A stretch of 64,000 nucleotides of DNA from a virus. A model generated the notes under the pieces. The model was not told the DNA's origin. It saw only the letters and a program-made list of their open reading frames with translations, and did not search any database. The position numbers were made by a program, and so were the translations under genes. Positions 28,415-35,419 of the stretch are shown in pieces (position 1 is the first letter of the stretch; the number at the start of each line of letters is the position of its first letter). The stretch lies in the IMG/VR virus record IMGVR_UViG_3300050581_000221; one strand, written 5' to 3'.

Positions 28415-29100
28415 TGCCGACCATTGATGAAGCGATCAGCCTGACTCGGACCGAGCTTGTCGCTTTCTGCGAGGAGTTTCTGACGTACCCCTATCTCTGC
28501 TACACCGAGCACGGCCAGCACTGTCGTTTCGCATCCCGCCTCTACCGGGCGATACCCCTAGAAGAGCGATACCAGACGCTCGGTGACCTCCGCATATGCC
28601 GGGTCCAGAAGGAGTACCCGACGCACCAAGATTTGTCCAAGTCCCGCCGGCAGCACTGGGATGTGTCGCTGATCGCCAAGGTGGCCGAGCTGCCCCATTG
28701 CCAGTATCCTTACGACCATCTTCCGCTCGCGACCGTCGTCGAGTTCGGTCTGAACTGCGACCTCGGTCACCTCAAGGACGACATCCAGCGCCTCTCGCAC
28801 CCCGGCTCGAACGTGCATCAGGGGTTCGCGGCCCATCTGTTTCGCCTGTCCGAGTCGCAAAAGCGGCCCTCGGCTCGGGATTGGTCGCCGCGTTCCGGGC
28901 GGCTGCACGTGACCGACGCCATCCAACCGCTCCTGGTCGGGACGACGATCGAAGTCTACCTCGGCGTGTTCGATCCGACGAATAGTAACCCCACCGGGCT
29001 GTGGCGAATCACCGCGAGCGAGATCGTTACACTCGCCCCGGCCGGGCTCCCGCCTGAAGCGGCCACACTGCCGGAAGGTCAGACTGAGAATCTTCCGTAG
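28415..29100 (+). CDS. Hypothetical protein (228 aa) in the accessory island
   Basis: ORF downstream of the promoter-like patch; start at ATG 28415 (alternative GTG 28381). Confidence 0.4.
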
Positions 29101-29196
29101 GACTCGGAAGGGCCGGAGCCCCATTCTTGAACTTACGGTGCAGCGACTTGGCGCGTCTCCGAGCCGGACGATGTGAACCGAGGTTGGGGAGGCGCT

Positions 29197-30345
29197 ATGG
29201 AACCGTTCCGCGGAAGGGTACAGTATATGGCAGTATTCAATTTTTGGGATTTCACAATCGACATCTCGGATCTCGCGGATCGTGCGCGGGTCGAAGGGCT
29301 GCCAGGGCACCCCTTGGCGACACTCTCGTTTGTGCATGAGTACAGCCATTTCCTCCAGAGTTGTAGCAGCCTGATTGGTTTCAATACGCTGGAACAGTTG
29401 ATCACCGTCGGTGTCGCGGCAGCCGTGACCTTGAATGGGTTAACCGGCTCGCAGCAAAACCTCAGCATCTTTTCACTGCTTGAGGCACTTCCAGACCATG
29501 CCGGACAGTCGCACGAGCAGGTGCGCGAGAAAACGAGAAGCCTAGCCGACGAAATGGTCGTCCTTACGACTCCACTCGAAATTCCTTATCACGGCGGCGC
29601 AGGCGATTGGGATGTGGTCGAACACAGTGTCGTGAACGGAACTTATAACCAAGCTCATTGGGGTTTTGTGACGCAGCGAAGAACATTCCAACCATTTACA
29701 ACATTAGTACCCATCGAAGGTGTCGCGCGCCGCGTCGATCGGTGGTTTGCGGCGAACGAGGGGTATATCGGACATCAATGGACGGCTAGCGACGTTGAGG
29801 ACGAGGTATATAATGGCCTGCGAAATCTCCTCTTGCGTCCACGATTCTCCCGACTCGTGTCCGAAGCCAATGTTGATGAGATCACGGTTCTCATCGGAAG
29901 CCTTGCGCTGCTTACACCTCATACCGACTGGTCGGTCTGCCAAATGCTGCAGTTGATTGAAGGCATGGACACCTGGGTGCCAGTCGCTGAGCTAGAATTA
30001 CTTTTGCGCCGTTGTCTCATTGAAGAAGATGAACTTCACGCACGTTACTTTAACGAGACGATGGACACGCTACTGCACGGGAACGCTGAGATGATTGCCC
30101 CGTCAGAGTTCACGCCGATCTATAGCCAGTTGAGGCTCATTCATGCTGCTGCGTCCCGCGTCTTGGATGGTCCTGGCACGCTCTTTCGCCCAGACATCAA
30201 TTGGCAAACGATGGTGGACCTGATGCGACAATACTCAGTTCCACCAGTGGTGGTGAGCGACGGGACCTTGTTTCGAGTCGGAGGCGTGGATTCCAACCAA
30301 GACCTTCACCGGCTGATTTCGCTGATCCACCAGAAGCTGTTCTGA
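29197..30345 (+). CDS. Putative zincin-like metallopeptidase (HExxH)
   Basis: RBS GGGGAGG 5 nt upstream; motif TLSFVHEYSHFLQ; lower GC than the genome average. Confidence 0.4.
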   Translation: MEPFRGRVQYMAVFNFWDFTIDISDLADRARVEGLPGHPLATLSFVHEYSHFLQSCSSLIGFNTLEQLITVGVAAAVTLNGLTGSQQNLSIFSLLEALPDHAGQSHEQVREKTRSLADEMVVLTTPLEIPYHGGAGDWDVVEHSVVNGTYNQAHWGFVTQRRTFQPFTTLVPIEGVARRVDRWFAANEGYIGHQWTASDVEDEVYNGLRNLLLRPRFSRLVSEANVDEITVLIGSLALLTPHTDWSVCQMLQLIEGMDTWVPVAELELLLRRCLIEEDELHARYFNETMDTLLHGNAEMIAPSEFTPIYSQLRLIHAAASRVLDGPGTLFRPDINWQTMVDLMRQYSVPPVVVSDGTLFRVGGVDSNQDLHRLISLIHQKLF

Positions 30346-30894
30346 TACTTGCACCAAGCCGGACGTTGCATTTTGGAGCACCTCCGGCGACGAATACGGC
30401 CCGTCGGTGCGACATCCCTGAAAGAGGCACCGTTGTCAAGTGGTTTTCCCGTTGGTTCTTTTCTTCTTTACCCAGGCAAGGGGCATACGCTCCACGCCGA
30501 AGCCCTTGGCTTCGTTTTGAACGTCTTTGTCAGGGCACCCGTGGCAGCTCGTCTATGGCAAGGCCGAGGGGTTCAAGTGTCGATCGCTCATGGTCTTTTC
30601 AGCGAGTCCGGTCGCAGTCGTTCTTGTCCTGGCGACTGCACCTCAACACATCCCTTCGTGCGTCCGCTGGCCCTACGGCTAGCGCTCAGGCAGTCCGATT
30701 TCGGACGACCTGGCACGGTACTGTTTTTTGCGACCATCCTGCGCGGCCAAGCTCGTCCCAATCACACCGACGTCCCTCTGGGATTGCTCCCGACGGATCT
30801 ATGTCGCACCTCGGACTGAACAAGGCCCGCAGGGATCGTGACGGTTGTCACGATCGATGCAATCACTATTTCGCTGTCTTTCGTCCGTCTGCGG

Positions 30895-31170
30895 CTACCA
30901 ACGTGTCACCCATGGTGGATCCAGCCCCAACAACTCGCACAGGTCCACTGCCGCGCTGTACAGGCTCACGCCATGCACCGCTGACCACAGTTCCAACGCG
31001 TGGCCTCGCGATCCGCAGGCAAAGCAATGGTACCGCCCCAATCGTATGTTCACCGAGAACGAACGACTCCGCAGATTCTGCGAGCCATGCACGGGGCAGG
31101 GACCACGCCACTGGTCCCCACGCCGCACCATCGGCTCGAAATGCAAGAGTTGCAGGACCTCCCGCATCAT
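30895..31170 (-). CDS. Stand-alone DnaG-type CHC2 zinc-finger protein (primase N-terminal domain, 91 aa)
   Basis: WRGPCPVHGSQNLRSRSFSVN...GRYHCFACGSRGHALELW matches the zf-CHC2 signature (CPFH..TPSF.V....YHCFGCG..G..I.F); internal Met taken as the start so as not to overlap the transposase. Confidence 0.5.
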   Translation of the reverse strand: MMREVLQLLHFEPMVRRGDQWRGPCPVHGSQNLRSRSFSVNIRLGRYHCFACGSRGHALELWSAVHGVSLYSAAVDLCELLGLDPPWVTRW

Positions 31171-32600
31171 GATTCGCTCGCGAAGCAGTCGGAAGTCTAC
31201 ACCGGGCACCGCGTCACCTCCTCTCCAGGGGACAGAGAAGAGGAACCGGTGCTGGAACCAGCGACGGCGGCCGCGCTCGCCGACAGGGCCGAAAGCATGG
31301 TTCGCCTGGGCCGCCACAGACAGGCCTGCCGAGGATCACTGCTCTCCACCGACGTCTCCGAATTGGCGGCTCCCGGCCTCCAGAGTTCTCCCGTGCTGAG
31401 CATCCGCCACATGATCACGGCCGTTCGCCGCATCACCGCGACACGTGCGATCTTCGAGCCTCGACGCCGTTTGATCCGCAGATACCACGCCCGCACCGTG
31501 GAGTCCCGCCGCAGCAGGTGCAGAATCACCTGGGCCAGCAGCAAACGCACCATCCGGCTGCCCGCCTTGGTGATCGAACCCAATCGTTCCGTTTCGCCCG
31601 AATTGTTGCTGCCTGGAGTCAGGCCGAGGAAATTGGCCAAGCTCCGGCCATGTGGAAACCGCCCGATCGGGACGATCCGGCAGACGATCGCCAGGGCGAT
31701 GAACATGCTTACGCCGGGCATCGTCGCAAGCAACTGGGCATCCGGGTTCGCGAGAAATCGTTCCGCAACCCGATTGTCTGTTGCCACGAGCTGCTCTTCC
31801 CACAACCTCCACTGCACGAGCAGATGGTCCACGGCCAAACGGTCCATCGGGTCAAGTGGCATGGTCTTCAGCCACTCCGTCACCTTTCGGGTCTGGAAAG
31901 TCTTCGTCGGCCGTTCCCATTCCAGGTTGTGCCGTCGCAGGATCTTATGGATCTGGTTGAGCGTTTGCGTCCGCCTTCGTACCAACCTTTCTCGCAGTTG
32001 GGTCAGATACCGGTCGGCCTGTTGCTCCGCGCTTGGCAGATACACGATCCGCACCCCTTGCACGCGATCCCCGCGCAGCAAGCGATCACGATTGACCCAC
32101 AATAGTTCGCTCAAGGCATTCGCGTCGCGCCGGTCGGTCTTGTTGGCGGTGCGTCCCAGCGGCTGGACCACCAGCACCAGGTGACACCGTTCATCCTGCT
32201 GGAGCCATTTCACCAGCCAGTCGTGAAATCCGCAGACCTCGACGACCGCCACGTATTTTTCACCGACGGCCAAGGCTCGATGCAATTGTTCCCGAAACTC
32301 CGCCAGTTTGGGCCAGCGGGTGCTGACCTGGCGTCGAAGGATGACGTCGCCATCGTCGTTGCGCAGTGAGATAGTCAGTTGCTTCTGATGCAGGTCGATT
32401 CCGAGGTACAGCATAGCCGGTTCTCCTGGTCATGCCGCGTCGCTCGCGGCTGATGAAAACTCTCGGCGAGCCCCACTGGCCCGTCGTTCCACTCAGGAAA
32501 ACCTAGCCTTTGCCCTCTTTCATAGAATCACACCGACGTGATGTTCAGTAGTCATTGGCAAGCCGACACCGCACGATCATGTGCCGGTTGGCGTCAGGAA
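31150..32600 (-). mobile_element. IS110-family insertion sequence (boundaries approximate)
   Basis: Contains a DEDD-type IS110 transposase gene; flanking non-coding DNA on both sides; lower-GC surroundings. Confidence 0.5.
31197..32414 (-). CDS. IS110-family transposase
   Basis: N-terminus MLYLGIDLHQKQ...VVEVCGF (DEDD/RuvC-like); C-terminal domain ATMPGVSMFIALAIV...FLGLTPGSNNSGETERLGSITKAGSRMVR...ARVAVMRRTAVIMWRML typical of Transposase_20; RBS AGGAGA. Confidence 0.8.
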   Translation of the reverse strand: MLYLGIDLHQKQLTISLRNDDGDVILRRQVSTRWPKLAEFREQLHRALAVGEKYVAVVEVCGFHDWLVKWLQQDERCHLVLVVQPLGRTANKTDRRDANALSELLWVNRDRLLRGDRVQGVRIVYLPSAEQQADRYLTQLRERLVRRRTQTLNQIHKILRRHNLEWERPTKTFQTRKVTEWLKTMPLDPMDRLAVDHLLVQWRLWEEQLVATDNRVAERFLANPDAQLLATMPGVSMFIALAIVCRIVPIGRFPHGRSLANFLGLTPGSNNSGETERLGSITKAGSRMVRLLLAQVILHLLRRDSTVRAWYLRIKRRRGSKIARVAVMRRTAVIMWRMLSTGELWRPGAANSETSVESSDPRQACLWRPRRTMLSALSASAAAVAGSSTGSSSLSPGEEVTRCPV

Positions 32601-32995
32601 TGGCGCACCGGGCAGTTCTGGCATTGGTCCAGCGTGGCTTCACGGCTGAAGTGCTCGGATTCCGGATTGCCGCAGATGCCCCCGATGTTCAGCACGCCGT
32701 CAAGGACTTGGACCCGGAGCATCCGCAACGTGCAAAGCGGCCAGATGGGATAGAGGCGGGAGCCTTCTTGCCGGAAGCCGGCCAGCACCGGTGGAGGTCC
32801 TGGGAATTCCAGTGAGCCGTCCGGGTGGACCGTGGGCCGTCCGTGGGTCATGGCCACCTCGGGGATGGCTTGTGCCAGAAGCCGATAGAGACGCGCGGGC
32901 GGGCCACCGGAGTAGACGAGGTAATTGCAGCCGCCGGCCGGCGTCGGGCGGCGGGGTTGGTCGTCAGGACAACCGCACGGCATGGACGTCACCAT
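32594..32995 (-). CDS. Hypothetical Cys-rich protein (133 aa)
   Basis: ORF at the distal end of the minus-strand operon; PCGCPDD ... CQNCPVRH cysteine pairs. Confidence 0.3.
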   Translation of the reverse strand: MVTSMPCGCPDDQPRRPTPAGGCNYLVYSGGPPARLYRLLAQAIPEVAMTHGRPTVHPDGSLEFPGPPPVLAGFRQEGSRLYPIWPLCTLRMLRVQVLDGVLNIGGICGNPESEHFSREATLDQCQNCPVRHS

Positions 32996-33486
32996 AGTTC
33001 GCGGGGGCAGTGCTCTGTGGCCATCTTGATCTTGTTGGTGACGGCGTATCCGGCCTCGGCCACTCGGCAGCCGCAGCCTTGGCAGATTCGCCGCTCAGGG
33101 TCGAACCACTTGCACGGCTTGCAGTGCTGGTGGAATATCCGCTCGACTTCCTTGTTGGATCGCTCGGGCCGACCTGCCGCCGTCCAGGCGATCAACGCCT
33201 CGGCATACGATAGTGTTCGGCGCACGAGGCTGGGAGTCTCGGGAGGCGGCGCATCGTCCGCCGGGACGCTTTCGTCGGGGCGTGGTGGTGCCTCTTTCGT
33301 ATCCTCCGCCGAGGCTGCTTTGGTGTGGTTCGTCTTCGGTGATTGGCATAGCCTGCACGCTCGGGCCGTCACTACCATCCGGTAGGTCGGTTTCTTCTCG
33401 TCAAGACAGACACGATGCACGACGCGATCAGTCGGCGTCCGGCTGTCGAATGTCGCGGGACAAGCGGGAAACGCCATTGCAGGCAC
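32989..33486 (-). CDS. Hypothetical protein with C-terminal Cys cluster (165 aa)
   Basis: CKPCKWFDPERRICQGCGCRV...HCP; overlaps its neighbours by a few nt. Confidence 0.35.
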   Translation of the reverse strand: MPAMAFPACPATFDSRTPTDRVVHRVCLDEKKPTYRMVVTARACRLCQSPKTNHTKAASAEDTKEAPPRPDESVPADDAPPPETPSLVRRTLSYAEALIAWTAAGRPERSNKEVERIFHQHCKPCKWFDPERRICQGCGCRVAEAGYAVTNKIKMATEHCPRELW

Positions 33487-33493
33487 TCCACGA

Positions 33494-34198
33494 TCAGCAA
33501 CAGTTGGCGCTTGCGGTATCCCAAACCGTGAAAGGGTAGCCGCCTGGCTGGACCAGAAGCCGGTAGTCCACCGGAAACACCTTGACGAACGTGCCGGATG
33601 GAGCGGAGGTCACTGTGCCATCGCAGTTGGTATCGACGATCCCCAAGTCATGCACTTCCGTGATGTACTCCGGCAATTGGTACGGGTCCCAAGGGTCGTA
33701 CCAATACTCGATATGCCACTTGGCTGCGTGCCTCACATTGTTCATGCCCCGCTGTCCGTAGCCGTACCCTATGGCAATGGTGAAGTCGTAGTCCTGCCGG
33801 TAAGTCCATTGGAAGTGCCAGTGGTCATCGCCTCCGAACCACTCGTTCTTCGTGAACTGAGCCGGATAGAGCAGATAGGGAACGTAGGACGAGCGGCCGT
33901 GCAGGGAGCGCATATCATCGACGAGGAACTGGGTGCATCCGCAGTCGCAGTTGTCGATCGCGTCGTCAAGTTCGTCGATGATCTCCTGCTTCCATTTCCA
34001 GGTTTCTGTCCACGACTCCGGCGCATTGCGGCACAGCCACTCTAATCGGCCACGGACCTCCATGATGTCCGACATGGACCACTTGTGGCCTGCGGGCACC
34101 TCGGGAAGTGGATCGCCAGGGTCGCACTGCTCCGCACGCTCATTGACCCGCTGGATGATCTCGTTCCACTTGGCTCGCGTCCAGACCTGTCCCATCAT
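33494..34198 (-). CDS. Hypothetical Trp/Tyr-rich protein (234 aa)
   Basis: ORF with coding GC3 bias; CDCGC motif; no recognisable family. Confidence 0.4.
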   Translation of the reverse strand: MMGQVWTRAKWNEIIQRVNERAEQCDPGDPLPEVPAGHKWSMSDIMEVRGRLEWLCRNAPESWTETWKWKQEIIDELDDAIDNCDCGCTQFLVDDMRSLHGRSSYVPYLLYPAQFTKNEWFGGDDHWHFQWTYRQDYDFTIAIGYGYGQRGMNNVRHAAKWHIEYWYDPWDPYQLPEYITEVHDLGIVDTNCDGTVTSAPSGTFVKVFPVDYRLLVQPGGYPFTVWDTASANCC

Positions 34199-34209
34199 GC
34201 CCTCCGCCC

Positions 34210-34779
34210 TCAGAACATCCTCAGCATGGAGTGGTAGACTTCGGCCTCAGCGATGCAATCGGCTAGGGCGTCGTGGGGATTGGTGTTCGTGACGCCCAGC
34301 TTTTTGCACATGGCCCCCAGGCCCACGAACGGGAACGGCACTGGCTCGCCCGCGAAGGCGGCCTTGTCGTTGAGCGAAATCGCGTAGAGCATCCCGTCGC
34401 GGGCGTGGCTGTGGAACAAGAGGTCCATTTCCTCCACGCCCAGCCACGCCTTCAGGAACGACGACTCGAAGGCCCAGTTGTGGGCCAGCGGCACGAGGCA
34501 CTTCTTGAAGGGCAGCTTCAAATTCAAGAACCAGTCGTGGAGCCAGTCCGCCACCTGCTCGGACTCGGGGGCGTGGAGCAGGAGTTCCGTCATGGGTATC
34601 TTGTGCTTGTGCTTCGCGCCGAGCGACTCTCGCTCCGGGTGCTTTGGCTTGACGCGGGTGTAGAACGGCCGCACGCTAGCCAGGGGCCTGAAGTCGGAGT
34701 CCAGCGGCACCACGGCGATCTGGATGATTTCGTGGTAGCCGGGCCGGGTGCCGGTGGTCTCCAGGTCAACGGCCGCCAT
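34210..34779 (-). CDS. DEDDh 3'-5' exonuclease (DnaQ/epsilon-like)
   Basis: Exo I MAAVDLETTG, Exo II LAHNWAFE, Exo III HDALADCIAEAEVY; start taken at the Met before Exo I. Confidence 0.7.
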   Translation of the reverse strand: MAAVDLETTGTRPGYHEIIQIAVVPLDSDFRPLASVRPFYTRVKPKHPERESLGAKHKHKIPMTELLLHAPESEQVADWLHDWFLNLKLPFKKCLVPLAHNWAFESSFLKAWLGVEEMDLLFHSHARDGMLYAISLNDKAAFAGEPVPFPFVGLGAMCKKLGVTNTNPHDALADCIAEAEVYHSMLRMF

Positions 34780-34822
34780 GAGGTTGCCGTTGAGATGGAC
34801 CAGGCCGGGATAGACGATGGAA

Positions 34823-35245
34823 TCAGCCACGGCGGGTCTTCCTCCCCTTCCTGAAAGGCTTGCGAGGCGACTTGGCGGGCGGCTGGTAGCTCGGCATATC
34901 GTTGAGTTCGGCCGGCAGCAGTCCGCGATCAATCATCTCCTCGTAATGGATCAGGGCCATCGCGTTGAACATGATCGCGGCCAGGTGGTCTTCGTCGCGT
35001 TTGCCCTGCTGGTACTTCATTACGTGCCGCTTGAGTGAGGCGACGCAACGGCTGAAGGGCATCCCGTTCTCCCAATTCCGTTCGGCGTACTTGGCCGCGC
35101 CCATGCGGAGCCAATGGCCTTGGCGTTCCTCGGCGAACGGCGAGATCAGGTCGGGGCGGGGCTTATCGTCCGCTGTGTCGCGGATCGCCATGCCCTTGCC
35201 AAAGGACTGCCGCTTGCCGCTGTCGGTCATGCCGTACTTACTCAT
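34823..35245 (-). CDS. dATP/dGTP diphosphohydrolase-like (MazG-like) nucleotide pyrophosphohydrolase domain protein
   Basis: KPRPDLISP...GAAKYAERNWENGMPFSR...SLKRHV...DEDHLAAIMFNAMAL resembles the phage dGTP/dATP diphosphohydrolase N-domain; RBS GGAGAAG. Confidence 0.45.
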   Translation of the reverse strand: MSKYGMTDSGKRQSFGKGMAIRDTADDKPRPDLISPFAEERQGHWLRMGAAKYAERNWENGMPFSRCVASLKRHVMKYQQGKRDEDHLAAIMFNAMALIHYEEMIDRGLLPAELNDMPSYQPPAKSPRKPFRKGRKTRRG

Positions 35246-35419
35246 GGTCTTCTCCAATGTCCTCTGAATCAGTGGGTGCAAGTTCGATGATGTCTCCGCC
35301 GTACTCGTCGGCGAAGGCCGCTTCGTCGTCCGGTGGCTGGTCCACTTCGACTTCGGCGATCAATTCGGCCCGCAGCACGGAGCGGGAGACGAAGCCGGTC
35401 GAGCGATAGATGCGGAGTG

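Noticed and set aside
30201-31172. 323-aa plus-strand ORF across the non-coding region
   Set aside because: Low-complexity Ser/Arg/Pro-rich with no coding bias.
31000-32184. 394-aa plus-strand ORF
   Set aside because: Antisense to the IS110 transposase; Ser/Arg-rich junk translation.
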